Origin: an uncultured Verrucomicrobiaceae bacterium
GTDB taxonomy: Bacteria; Pseudomonadota; Gammaproteobacteria; Pseudomonadales; CAMLJR01
Assembly: GCA_964638025.1 (NCBI GenBank)
Contig: CAZWXW010000003.1
Span: forward strand, 15,126-79,125
Direction of reading: 5' to 3'
Length of the DNA: 64,000 bases
Positions 8,680 to 18,088 of this stretch are shown in pieces (within the stretch, counting starts at the first letter, position 1; every line of letters starts with the position of its first letter). The notes below the pieces were generated by a model that saw only the letters and a list, made by a program, of their open reading frames with translations, ran no database searches and had not been told where the DNA came from. The position numbers were made by a program, and so were the translations under genes.

Positions 8680-9834
8680 GTGTTGCGCGCGGTCGGGTTC
8701 TGGTTGCCGTGTCTGCTGTTGTTGTCCGGATGTGCATCGTCGCCGTCGCAGCCACCGGTTGCCGATCTGCCGGCTTACCGGGGCGCGGATGCGCCGGCGC
8801 GGACGACCGATCCGCGCTTTCAGGCTGATGTCAGGGCGCTGACTCCCGAGATCCGGCGGCTGCTCGACCGGCATATCGATGCCAGTGGTGACTGGCTGCG
8901 GCTGCAGCAGTTGGTGGCGTTGTTCCAGTCCGATCCGCAGTTCGGTCTGCGCTACAACGCCGCCGTCACTTTTGATGCAGCCGAAACATTCCGGCGCCGC
9001 GAGGGCAACTGCCTGTCGCTGTCGATCCTGTTTGTCGCGGCCGCGCGTCACGTCGGTCTCGATGCCCGTTTTCAGGATGTCGAGCTGCTGCCGACCTGGC
9101 GCCAGGAGGGCAATGTCTTTGTGGCCGAACGCCATATCAATGTTGCGGTGGTGATTCATCAGAAACCGGTGATCGTCGATTTCCTGGTCGATCCATCGAC
9201 TGAAACGGTGGCGATCCGGCAGATTCCCGACAGCGCCATGCTGGCGCAGTTCTACAACAATGTTGGCGTCGAACATCTGGCGGCCGGCGAACTCGGTGCG
9301 GCCTACCTGTTCTTTCAGCGCGCGGTGACGCTGGCACCGCGGACCTCCTATCTGTGGACCAATCTCGGTGTCGTGCTTTCGCACGCCGGTCAGGTCGATG
9401 ATGCGCGCCAGGTCTATCGGCATGCGCTACAGCTCAATGCCGTCGACGAAGTGGCGCTGAGCAATCTGGCGACGCTGGCCGACGGTGAATCCGGGGTGTC
9501 GGCGGAGCTGCTGGCGCGCGTCGAGCGTCTGCGCAACAGCAATCCGTTCTATCACTACTGGCAGTCGGAGCGTCTGCGCGCCGCCGGCGACCGCGACGGC
9601 GCCATCGCGGCATTGCGAGCGGCGATCCGGCTGAAGTCCGACGAGTCGTCATTCCACTTCGCATTGGCGCGGCTGCTGTTGCTGCAGGGGGAGCGCAAGC
9701 AGGCCGATCTCAGCCTCGAATCCGCTCGCCGTCTTGCGCGCGACGACGACACGCGCCAGCGCTACGAGGATGAATATCGCCAGCTGTTGCGCGACCAGCT
9801 TCCGGCAGCGACTGTCTCCTCGCGTACACGTTGA
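8680..9834 (+). CDS. Lipoprotein with transglutaminase-like core and TPR repeats
   Basis: In ORF 8350-9834; GTG 8680 / TTG 8683 after AGGAGG (8671-8676); lipobox LLLLSGC; REGNCLSLSILFVAAARHVG (Cys core) plus ERHINV; TPR-like AQFYNNVGVEHLAAGELGAAYLFFQRAVTLAP. Confidence 0.7.
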   Translation: MLRAVGFWLPCLLLLSGCASSPSQPPVADLPAYRGADAPARTTDPRFQADVRALTPEIRRLLDRHIDASGDWLRLQQLVALFQSDPQFGLRYNAAVTFDAAETFRRREGNCLSLSILFVAAARHVGLDARFQDVELLPTWRQEGNVFVAERHINVAVVIHQKPVIVDFLVDPSTETVAIRQIPDSAMLAQFYNNVGVEHLAAGELGAAYLFFQRAVTLAPRTSYLWTNLGVVLSHAGQVDDARQVYRHALQLNAVDEVALSNLATLADGESGVSAELLARVERLRNSNPFYHYWQSERLRAAGDRDGAIAALRAAIRLKSDESSFHFALARLLLLQGERKQADLSLESARRLARDDDTRQRYEDEYRQLLRDQLPAATVSSRTR

Positions 9835-9901
9835 TAGCAGCTGGCTGCTGCTGTGCGGCCAGTTTGTACGGCCATACCGCCCGCGCCGCCGCGAAACCGG
9901 C

Positions 9902-9917
9902 TGGAATGACTCTTGCT
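9902..9917 (+). promoter_or_regulatory. Candidate sigma-54 promoter upstream of mdtA-like gene
   Basis: TGGAATGACTCTTGCT; correct spacing, good -12 TTGCT, weaker -24; 59 nt upstream of GTG 9976. Confidence 0.35.
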
Positions 9918-9975
9918 CTTCTCTCGAATCCCGCGGCGCTGTTGCGTCCGGGGTTTTGCGAGCGTGGAGTTCAAC

Positions 9976-11190
9976 GTGTCCATCGTCCTATCTGCCGTGC
10001 CGCCATCAGTGCGACGCTGTCTGTCACTCCCGCTGCTCGCAACACTGCAGGTCATCGCGCTGTTGCTTATTGCGGGCTGTGGTGCCGAGCAGCCGGCGCA
10101 GGCGCGCGCCGGTGGCCAGCCGCCAGTGCCGGTGGTCACCCGTGAAGTCGGCAGCGGTTCGCTGACCGTCTATCTCGATGCCCTCGGCACCGTCACGCCG
10201 TCCAGCAGCGTGCTGGTGCGCAGTCGCGTCGACGGGCAGTTGCTGCGCGTCCATTTCAGCGAGGGGCAATTGATTCGTGCCGGCGAGCTGCTGGCGGAGA
10301 TTGATCCACGGCCGTTTCAGGTGCAGCTGGCGCAGATGCGCGGCCAGCTCGCGCGCGACGAGGCGATGCTGCGCGGTGCGCGCGTCGATCTCGAACGCTA
10401 TCGCGAGTTGTGGCAGCAGGATTCGATCGCTCGCCAGCGCGTCGACAGTCAGGAGGCGCTGGTCGCTCAATATGAGGGCGAGGTGGAGGCGGTGCGCGGG
10501 CTGGTCGGTAACGCCAGCCTGCAGCTGGAGTACGCGACGATTACCGCGCCGATCGGCGGGCGCGTCGGTCTGCGCCAGGTCGATGCCGGCAATGTCATTC
10601 ACAGCGCCGACAGCCAGGGGCTGGTGCTGATCACGCAGCTGCAGCCGATCCAGGTGCTGTTCACGCTGCCGGAGGATTCGCTGCCGCGCCTGTTGCCGCG
10701 CCTGCAGCAGGGCGAGCAGCTGGTGGTCGCCGCCTACGATCGCGAGTTCAGTCGCCGCCTCGCCATCGGCAAGCTGGTCAGCGTCGACAACCAGATCGAT
10801 GCGACCACCGGCAGCGTGCGCCTGAAGGCGCAGTTCGATAACAGCGACTACGCGCTGTTTCCCAATCAGTTCGTCAATATCCGCCTCGCGCTGGAGACGC
10901 TGGCCGACGCGGTACTGGCTCCCTCCGTCGCCATTCAGCGCGGCAATCGCGGCAACTTTGTCTATGCCGTCAACGACGACGCCAGCGTGCGGCTGCAGCC
11001 GGTGACGCTGGGCGCGACCGAAGGCGATCGCGTTGCCGTCACCGATGGCTTGGTGCCCGGCGATATCGTCGTTGTCGAAGGTGTCGACCGGCTGCGCGCC
11101 GGTGCTGTCGTTGCGCCAATCAAGAGTGCGGAGACAGAAAAGACGGCGACAAAGACCGCGCCGCTGTCGCCGCGCACCGCCGCGCGCTGA
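9976..11190 (+). CDS. mdtA: RND efflux membrane-fusion (periplasmic adaptor) protein, MdtA-like
   Basis: ORF 9913-11190; GTG 9976 after TGGAG favoured over TTG 9913; lipobox LLIAGC; adaptor motifs ATITAPIGGRVGLRQVDAGN; followed by two tandem RND pumps. Confidence 0.75.
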   Translation: MSIVLSAVPPSVRRCLSLPLLATLQVIALLLIAGCGAEQPAQARAGGQPPVPVVTREVGSGSLTVYLDALGTVTPSSSVLVRSRVDGQLLRVHFSEGQLIRAGELLAEIDPRPFQVQLAQMRGQLARDEAMLRGARVDLERYRELWQQDSIARQRVDSQEALVAQYEGEVEAVRGLVGNASLQLEYATITAPIGGRVGLRQVDAGNVIHSADSQGLVLITQLQPIQVLFTLPEDSLPRLLPRLQQGEQLVVAAYDREFSRRLAIGKLVSVDNQIDATTGSVRLKAQFDNSDYALFPNQFVNIRLALETLADAVLAPSVAIQRGNRGNFVYAVNDDASVRLQPVTLGATEGDRVAVTDGLVPGDIVVVEGVDRLRAGAVVAPIKSAETEKTATKTAPLSPRTAAR

Positions 11191-11199
11191 TTTATCGCC

Positions 11200-14100
11200 A
11201 TGAACCCCTCGCGCATTTTCATCAAGCGGCCGGTGGCGACGCTGCTGCTGATGCTGGCGCTGCTGATCGCCGGCGGCGTCGCCTACCGGCTGCTGCCGAC
11301 GGCCGCGTTGCCGGAGGTCGACTTTCCGACGATTCAGGTGACCACGCGTTATCCGGGCGCCAGTCCCGAGGTGATGGCGGCGGCGGTGACCGCGCCGCTG
11401 GAGCGGCAGTTCGGGCTGATGTCCGGGCTGACGCAGATGTCGTCGACCAGCTCCAGCGGTGTCGCCGTCATCACGCTGCAGTTCGCGCTCGACATGCCGC
11501 TGGAGATCGCCGAGCAGACGGTGCAGGCGGCGATCAATGCCGCCGCCGGCTTCCTGCCGCGCGACCTGCCGTCGCCGCCGCTCTACAGCAAGGTCAATCC
11601 GGCCGATGCGCCGGTACTGACACTGGCGATCAGCTCCGATTCGCTGCCGCTGACGGCAGTGCAGGATCTGGTCGACACGCGGCTGGCGCAGAAGATCGCG
11701 CAGGTGCCCGGCGTCGGGCTGGTCAGCCTGGCCGGCGGTCAGCGTCCGGCGGTGCGCATCCAGCTCAACCCGAACAGCGCCGCCGCCTACGGTCTCGGGC
11801 TCGATACGCTGCGCGCGGCCATCGCCGCCGCCAACTCCAGTCAGGCCAAGGGCAGCTTCGAGGGCGAGCTGCGCGCCTCGACCATCGATGCCAACACGCA
11901 ATTGCGCGGCGCCAATGAATACCGCGAGCTGATCGTGGCGTGGCGCAACGGCGCGCCGGTGCGGCTGGAACAGATCGCCAGCGTCAGCGACGGCGCCGAG
12001 GATCTGCGGCTGGCGGCGTGGAATGGCGAGCGGCCGGCGATCCTGCTCAACGTGCAGCGCCAGCCGGGCGCCAATGTCATCGCCGTGGTCGACCGCATCC
12101 ACGCGCTGCTGCCGGAGCTGCGCGCGGCGCTGCCGGGCACGCTCGATGTCGAGGTGCTGACCGATCGCACCGATGCCGTTCGCTCCGCCATCCGTCATGT
12201 GCAGTTCGAGCTGCTGCTGGCGATCGCGCTGGTGGTGATGGTGATCTTCCTGTTTCTGCGCAACGTGCCGGCGACGCTGATTCCGAGCGTTGCCGTGCCG
12301 CTGTCGCTGGTCGGCACGTTTGGCGCGATGTATCTGGCCGGCTTCAGCATCAACAACCTGACGTTGATGGCGCTGACCGTCGCCACCGGTTTCGTCGTCG
12401 ATGACGCCATCGTCATGATTGAAAACATCAGTCGGCATCTGGAGATGCCGGCTGATGTTTCGGCGGAGGCTAATGCCGACGCAGTCGGCGTTAAGGATGC
12501 GAATGCATCCGGCCGTAGCCAAAACATTGCCCCGGATGTGGCAGGGAGGATGTCACCACTCCAGGCGGCGCTGAAAGGCTCGCGCGAAATCGGCTTCACC
12601 ATCATCGCGCTGACCTTCTCGCTGGTGGCGGTGCTGATCCCGCTGCTGCTGATGGGCGACGTGGTCGGCCGGTTGTTTCGCGAGTTCGCCATCACGCTGG
12701 TGGTGGCGATCCTGATCTCGGCGGTGGTGTCGCTGAGTTTGACGCCGATGCTGTGCGCGCGGCTGCTGCACCGTCGCGAGGTGAATGGGCATGGCGACAG
12801 CCACCCGCAGAGTGGCGCGCTGTTCAACGCCGTGCTCTCGCGCTACGCAACGGCGTTGAACTGGGTGCTGGCGCATCAGCCGGCGGCGCTGCTGGCGACG
12901 GCGGCGACGCTGTTGCTGACAGCGTTGCTGGCGTGGTGGGTGCCGAAGGGCTTCTTTCCGATTCAGGACAACGGCGTCATCCAGGGCATCACCGAGGCGC
13001 CGCAGTCGATCTCGTTCGCCGCCATGGCGCAGCGCCAGCAGGTGCTGGCCGCGGTGATCCTGCGCGATCCGGCGGTGCGGAGCCTGTCGTCGTTTGTCGG
13101 GGTCGACGCCATCAACACCGCGCTCAACAGCGGTCGCATGCTGATCAACCTGAAACCGCACGGCGAGCGCGATGGCGCGGCGGAGGTGATCCGGCGCCTG
13201 CAGCAGGCAGTCGCCGAGGTGAATGGAATTTCGCTGTTCATGCAGCCGGTGCAGGACCTGACCATCGACGACCGGGTCAGTCGCACGCAGTTCCAGCTGC
13301 TGGTGGAGAGCGCCGATGGTGAACAGCTGACGCGCGCGGTGCCGGCGCTGTTGCAGCGCATGCGCGAGTTGCCGCAGCTGGCCGACGTGACCAGCAATCT
13401 GCAGAACGAAGGATTGAAGACATATATCGCTGTCGATCGCGATGCGGCGTCACGCCTCGGCATCAGCATTGGCGCCATCGACGATGCGCTCTACAGCGCG
13501 TTCGGGCAGCGCCATGTCTCCACCATCTTCACGCAGTCGAACCAGTACCGCGTGGTGCTGGAGGTGGCGCCGGAGTTTCGCAACCGGGCGGAGGCACCGG
13601 CGGCACTGCGCATCGCCGCCGCCGATGGCACGCTGGTGCCGCTCGCCGCCATCGCCCGTATCGAGCAGCAGCTGGCGCCGACCGTCATCAATCGCGAGAA
13701 GCAGTTTCCGGCGGCGACGCTGTCGTTCAATCTCGCCGAAGGCTACTCGCTCGGCGATGCCGTCGCCGCCATTGAAGCCGAGCGCACGGCACTGTCACTG
13801 CCGCCGGCGGTGCAGACGCGCTTCCAGGGTGCTGCGCTGGCGATCGGCGCTGCGCTGTCGAACTCGCTGCTGCTGGTCATCGCCGCCGTGGTCACGCTCT
13901 ACATCGTGCTCGGCGTGCTCTACGAGAGCTACATCCATCCGCTGACGATTCTGTCGACGCTGCCGTCGGCCGCCGTCGGTGCACTGCTGGCATTGCTGTT
14001 GTCAGGGCACGAGCTGAACGTGATCGCCATCATCGGCATCGTGCTGCTGATCGGCATCGTGCAGAAGAACGCCATCATGATCATCGACTTCGCGCTGGAG

Positions 14101-14415
14101 GCGGAGCGCAGCGACGGGCTGTCTGCACGGGCGGCGGTGCAGCAGGCCTGCCTGTTGCGGTTGCGGCCGATTCTGATGACGACGATGGCGGCATTGCTGA
14201 GCGCGCTGCCGCTGATGTTCAGCAGCGGCGCCGGCGCCGAACTGCGGCAACCGCTCGGCATCACGCTGGTCGGCGGCCTGCTCGCCAGCCAGCTGCTGAC
14301 GCTGTTCACCACGCCGGTGATCTATCTCGCCTTCGATCGACTGGCACGGCGATTGACGCGGCGACAGCAGCGCCGCGTCGAAGAACCGTCAGTGCCGGTG
14401 CAGCCGGCATCGTGA
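11200..14415 (+). CDS. mdtB: RND efflux permease, MdtB-like
   Basis: 1071 aa; AcrB/MdtB hallmarks ([52 protein letters not shown]); about 36-aa insertion at 12445-12555. Confidence 0.9.
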   Translation: MNPSRIFIKRPVATLLLMLALLIAGGVAYRLLPTAALPEVDFPTIQVTTRYPGASPEVMAAAVTAPLERQFGLMSGLTQMSSTSSSGVAVITLQFALDMPLEIAEQTVQAAINAAAGFLPRDLPSPPLYSKVNPADAPVLTLAISSDSLPLTAVQDLVDTRLAQKIAQVPGVGLVSLAGGQRPAVRIQLNPNSAAAYGLGLDTLRAAIAAANSSQAKGSFEGELRASTIDANTQLRGANEYRELIVAWRNGAPVRLEQIASVSDGAEDLRLAAWNGERPAILLNVQRQPGANVIAVVDRIHALLPELRAALPGTLDVEVLTDRTDAVRSAIRHVQFELLLAIALVVMVIFLFLRNVPATLIPSVAVPLSLVGTFGAMYLAGFSINNLTLMALTVATGFVVDDAIVMIENISRHLEMPADVSAEANADAVGVKDANASGRSQNIAPDVAGRMSPLQAALKGSREIGFTIIALTFSLVAVLIPLLLMGDVVGRLFREFAITLVVAILISAVVSLSLTPMLCARLLHRREVNGHGDSHPQSGALFNAVLSRYATALNWVLAHQPAALLATAATLLLTALLAWWVPKGFFPIQDNGVIQGITEAPQSISFAAMAQRQQVLAAVILRDPAVRSLSSFVGVDAINTALNSGRMLINLKPHGERDGAAEVIRRLQQAVAEVNGISLFMQPVQDLTIDDRVSRTQFQLLVESADGEQLTRAVPALLQRMRELPQLADVTSNLQNEGLKTYIAVDRDAASRLGISIGAIDDALYSAFGQRHVSTIFTQSNQYRVVLEVAPEFRNRAEAPAALRIAAADGTLVPLAAIARIEQQLAPTVINREKQFPAATLSFNLAEGYSLGDAVAAIEAERTALSLPPAVQTRFQGAALAIGAALSNSLLLVIAAVVTLYIVLGVLYESYIHPLTILSTLPSAAVGALLALLLSGHELNVIAIIGIVLLIGIVQKNAIMIIDFALEAERSDGLSARAAVQQACLLRLRPILMTTMAALLSALPLMFSSGAGAELRQPLGITLVGGLLASQLLTLFTTPVIYLAFDRLARRLTRRQQRRVEEPSVPVQPAS

Positions 14416-14434
14416 GACGACTGTGATGAACTTG

Positions 14435-14556
14435 GGAACCTCTCATCAAGTCGCCTCTCCCTTCAGGGAGAGGGTTAGGGAGAGGGCGGAAGTGCGCATC
14501 AATCGACCCTCTCCCCTCTCCCTGAAGGGAGAGGGGAGAGATGCGTTTTTCCGGAA
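14435..14556. repeat. REP/MITE-like palindromic element, copy A (double hairpin), between mdtB and mdtC
   Basis: GGAACCTCTCATCAAGTCGCCTCTCCCTTCAGGGAGAGGGTTAGGGAGAGGG - spacer GTGCGCATCAATCGA - CCCTCTCCCCTCTCCCTGAAGGGAGAGGGGAGAGATGCGTTTTTCC. Confidence 0.85.
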
Positions 14557-14565
14557 GCGCCAGCG

Positions 14566-17500
14566 ATGAACTTCGCCGCGCTCTGTATTCGCCGGCCCGT
14601 CGCGACGGTATTGCTGACGCTGGCGGTGACGCTGATCGGCGCCGTCGCCTTTGTGTCGCTGCCGATCGCGTCGCTGCCACAGGTCGACATGCCGGTCATC
14701 AATGTGCAGGCGACACTGCCCGGCGCCAACGCCGAAACCATGGCGGCCACCGTCGCCACGCCGCTGGAACGGGCCATCGGCCGCATCGCCGGCATCACCG
14801 AACTGACCTCGACCAGCAACCAGGGCAACACGCGGGTCAGCGTGCAGTTCGATTTCGGTCGCAACGCCGATGCCGCCGCGCGCGAAGTGCAGGCCGCGAT
14901 CAGCGCCGCGCAGGGCGTGCTGCCGGTCAGCCTGCCGTCGGCGCCGGTCTATCGCAAAGCCAATATCGCCAGCTCGCCGGTGCTGGCGATTGCGCTGACC
15001 TCCGATTTCCGCAGCCGCGAGCAGCTCTACGATGTCGCCTTCACGCTGCTCGGACAGAAGATCGCGCAGGTGCCCGGCGTCGGCCAGATCAATGTCAACG
15101 GCAGTGCGCTGCCGGCGGTGCGCGTCGCCGTCAATCCGACCGCGCTGAGCCACTACGGTGTCGGGCTCGAACAGGTGCGCGCGGCGCTCGCCGCCGCCAA
15201 CGTCAACCAGCCGAAAGGGGTGGTCGAATCGGCGCAGCAGCAGTGGCAGATCGACATCAATGATCGCGCCCGCCGCGCCGCCGACTATCGCGATCTGATC
15301 ATCAGCTGGCACAACGGCGCGCCGGTTCGTCTCGCCGACATCGCCGATGTCAACGATTCGCTGCAGGAGCTGCGCAACGCCGGCAGCTCCAACGGCCAGC
15401 CGGCGGTGATGCTGTCGGTGTTCAACCAGCCCGGCGCCAACATCGTCGAGATGGTCGACGCCATCAAGGCGCTGCTGCCGCAGTTGCGCGGCGCGATTCC
15501 GGCCGACATTGATGTCGTCGTCAACATGGATCGCACCAGCACCATCCGCGCGACGCTGCGCGAAGTCGAGCACACGCTGCTGATCTCGATCGCGCTGGTG
15601 ATCCTGGTGGTCTACCTGTTCCTGCGCAGCGGTCGCGCCACCTTCATTCCCAGCGTGGCGATTCCGGTGTCGCTGCTGGGGACGCTGGCCGTCATCTACC
15701 TGCTCGGCTACAGCCTCAACAACCTGTCGCTGATGGCGTTGATCATCGCCACTGGCTTCGTCGTCGACGATGCCATCGTCGTGGTCGAGAACACGGCGCG
15801 ACTGATCGAGCGCGGCGTGGCGCCGACGGTGGCGGCGCTGCAGAGCCTGCGCGAAGTCGGCTTCACCGTGGTGGCGATGAGCCTGGCGCTGGTGGCGGTG
15901 CTGCTGCCGGTGCTGCTGATGGAGGGAATCATCGGCCGCCTGCTGCGCGAATTCTCGGTGACGCTGTGCATCGCCGTGCTGATCTCGCTGGTGGTGTCGC
16001 TGACCACGACGCCGATGCTGTGCGCGCAACTGCTGCGACCGCATCGGCAATCCGGGACACAGCGTGCCGGTCGGATGGCGGCGCTCGGCGACCGCATCAT
16101 TCGAGGCTACGGCACCAGCCTGTTGTGGGCACTGCGCCACCGCTGGCTGATGCTCGGTCTGCTGGCGCTGGTGGTGCTGTTGAACATCTACCTGATCGCG
16201 GTGCTGCCGAAGGGCTTCTTCCCGCAGCAGGACACCAGTCGGCTGCAGGGCAACTTCATGGCCGATCAGGCCATTTCATTCCAGGCGATGCGCGGCAAGA
16301 TCGACCAGCTGATGCGCATCGTCGCGAAGGATCCCGCCATCGAAACCTACTACGAATACACCGGCGGTGCCGGCGCCGGGCAGAACAACAGCGGCCAGAT
16401 GTTCGCGCGATTGAAGCCGCGCGATCAGCGCGATGCATCCGCCGCCGAAGTCGTTGCCCGTCTGCGGCCGCAGCTGTCGAAAGTGGCGGGCGCCACGCTG
16501 ATGCTGAATGCGCAGCAGGACATCAACGTCGGTGGCCGCCCCGGCGCGGCGCTCTATCAGTATTCATTGTTGGCCAGCGATCTCGACGAGTTGCGACAGT
16601 GGGCACCGCGCCTGCTGGAGGCGCTGCGCAAATTGCCGCAACTGACCGATGTCAGCAGCGACTGGCAGGAGCGCGGACTGCAGACCGTGCTGAAGGTCGA
16701 TCGTGCCGCCGCCGCGCGGCTGGGCATCTCCGCCGCGAAAATCGACGCGACATTGAACGATGCTTTCGGTCAGCGCCTGGTCTCGACCATCTACGAGCCG
16801 CTCAACCAGTACTACGTGGTGCTGACCTTGCGGCCGGAGTTCACGCGCGATCCGCAGGCGCTGCGCCATATCCATGTTGCCAACGAGGCGGGCGCCACCA
16901 TTCCGCTCGCCAGTTTCAGTCGCTACGAAGAGCGCAGCGCGCCGCTGGCGGTCAATCACCAGGGGCAGTTCGCGGCGGCCACGGTGTCGTTCAACCTGGC
17001 CGACGGCGTCACGCTCGGCGAGGCTTCCATGGCGATCGATAACGCTTTTCTGACACTGGCGACGCCGGGTTCGGTGCGCGGCGGCTTTGCCGGTACCGCG
17101 CAGGTGTTCCAGCAGTCGCTGCGGAATCAGCCGCTGCTGATACTGGCGGCGCTGATCACCGCCTATATCGTGCTCGGCATCCTGTATGAAAGTTTCCTGC
17201 ATCCGTTGACGATCCTGTCGACACTGCCATCGGCCGGTGTCGGCGCGCTGCTGGCGCTGGCACTGTTTGGCAGTGAGCTCAGTGTCATCGCGCTGATCGG
17301 CATCCTGCTGTTGATCGGCATCGTGATGAAGAACGCCATCATGCTGATCGACTTCGCGCTCGATGCGCGCCGCGAGCACAAGGAGACGCGCCGCGAGCAC
17401 AAGGAGACGCGCCGCGAGCATGTAGAAGAGCGCCGCGAGCACAAAGAAAATGAACGCAGCGAGCACACGAATGAACGCCACGAGCATGGCGCGGACGCAC

Positions 17501-17772
17501 TGTCGGCGATCCATCAGGCCGGTCTGATGCGCTTCCGCCCCATCATGATGACGACGATGGCGGCAATTCTCGGCGCGCTGCCGCTGGCATTGGCATTGGG
17601 TGATGGCTCCGAGCTGCGCCGCCCGCTCGGTATCACCATCGTCGGTGGTCTGCTGGTTAGCCAGCTGCTGACGCTGTACACGACGCCGGTGATCTATCTG
17701 CATCTCGACAATCTGCAGTGCAATCTGGCCGCCTGGCGGCAGCGCTTCCGGTTGCCCGGAGCGGCCGTCTGA
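14566..17772 (+). CDS. mdtC: RND efflux permease, MdtC-like, with in-frame heptad-repeat insertion
   Basis: 1068 aa; [46 protein letters not shown]; 6 x 21-bp repeat at 17368-17493. Confidence 0.9.
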   Translation: MNFAALCIRRPVATVLLTLAVTLIGAVAFVSLPIASLPQVDMPVINVQATLPGANAETMAATVATPLERAIGRIAGITELTSTSNQGNTRVSVQFDFGRNADAAAREVQAAISAAQGVLPVSLPSAPVYRKANIASSPVLAIALTSDFRSREQLYDVAFTLLGQKIAQVPGVGQINVNGSALPAVRVAVNPTALSHYGVGLEQVRAALAAANVNQPKGVVESAQQQWQIDINDRARRAADYRDLIISWHNGAPVRLADIADVNDSLQELRNAGSSNGQPAVMLSVFNQPGANIVEMVDAIKALLPQLRGAIPADIDVVVNMDRTSTIRATLREVEHTLLISIALVILVVYLFLRSGRATFIPSVAIPVSLLGTLAVIYLLGYSLNNLSLMALIIATGFVVDDAIVVVENTARLIERGVAPTVAALQSLREVGFTVVAMSLALVAVLLPVLLMEGIIGRLLREFSVTLCIAVLISLVVSLTTTPMLCAQLLRPHRQSGTQRAGRMAALGDRIIRGYGTSLLWALRHRWLMLGLLALVVLLNIYLIAVLPKGFFPQQDTSRLQGNFMADQAISFQAMRGKIDQLMRIVAKDPAIETYYEYTGGAGAGQNNSGQMFARLKPRDQRDASAAEVVARLRPQLSKVAGATLMLNAQQDINVGGRPGAALYQYSLLASDLDELRQWAPRLLEALRKLPQLTDVSSDWQERGLQTVLKVDRAAAARLGISAAKIDATLNDAFGQRLVSTIYEPLNQYYVVLTLRPEFTRDPQALRHIHVANEAGATIPLASFSRYEERSAPLAVNHQGQFAAATVSFNLADGVTLGEASMAIDNAFLTLATPGSVRGGFAGTAQVFQQSLRNQPLLILAALITAYIVLGILYESFLHPLTILSTLPSAGVGALLALALFGSELSVIALIGILLLIGIVMKNAIMLIDFALDARREHKETRREHKETRREHVEERREHKENERSEHTNERHEHGADALSAIHQAGLMRFRPIMMTTMAAILGALPLALALGDGSELRRPLGITIVGGLLVSQLLTLYTTPVIYLHLDNLQCNLAAWRQRFRLPGAAV
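17368..17493 (+). repeat. 21-bp in-frame tandem repeat x6 inside the mdtC-like gene
   Basis: CGCCGCGAGCACAAGGAGACG x2, then diverging units; encodes RREHKET RREHKET RREHVEE RREHKEN ERSEHTN ERHEHGA. Confidence 0.9.
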
Positions 17773-18006
17773 AGCTGATCAGCTGTTTTGAAAAAAGTTG
17801 TTGTAGAGACAGGCCGGCATCAGTCGAAAGACACCATTTTTCGTCGCGCCTGCGTTACTTCGTCTGCAGCAACAACACAAGCTGCTGCAGCAACAGCGCA
17901 GCACCACTCGCTGCCTGTTTGTGCGCGCAGACAAGCAATATTTGCTCATCGATATCTGTAATGCAGCTAATCATATGAGTTTTACCTGACAGCGGAACAC
18001 TGTCGT

Positions 18007-18022
18007 TGGCTTGCAACCTGCA
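18007..18022 (+). promoter_or_regulatory. Candidate sigma-54 promoter upstream of TBDR1
   Basis: TGGCTTGCAACCTGCA; correct spacing; 67 nt upstream of ATG 18089. Confidence 0.5.
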
Positions 18023-18088
18023 CTTCCCCTCCCGATGCGAATACACCGGTTCTCAATGCGCTGGTGCAAACCCTGGGAGATGGAAGTA

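Noticed and set aside
10024-12522. Long antisense or alternative-frame ORFs (e.g. 10024-12522, 14446-16140, 18053-20056, 25934-27199, 30683-32185, 44813-46414, 48324-49637, 62265-63758)
   Set aside because: These are typical high-GC shadow ORFs with Arg/Ala/Gly/Pro/His-rich low-complexity translations and no family motifs. Each fully overlaps a frame with strong, collinear family signatures.
17774-17800. AGCTGATCAGCT palindrome followed by GTTTTG after the mdtC-like stop as a terminator
   Set aside because: The palindrome leaves no loop, so the stem would be 4-5 bp at most. The T-run is short and interrupted, so evidence for an intrinsic terminator is weak.
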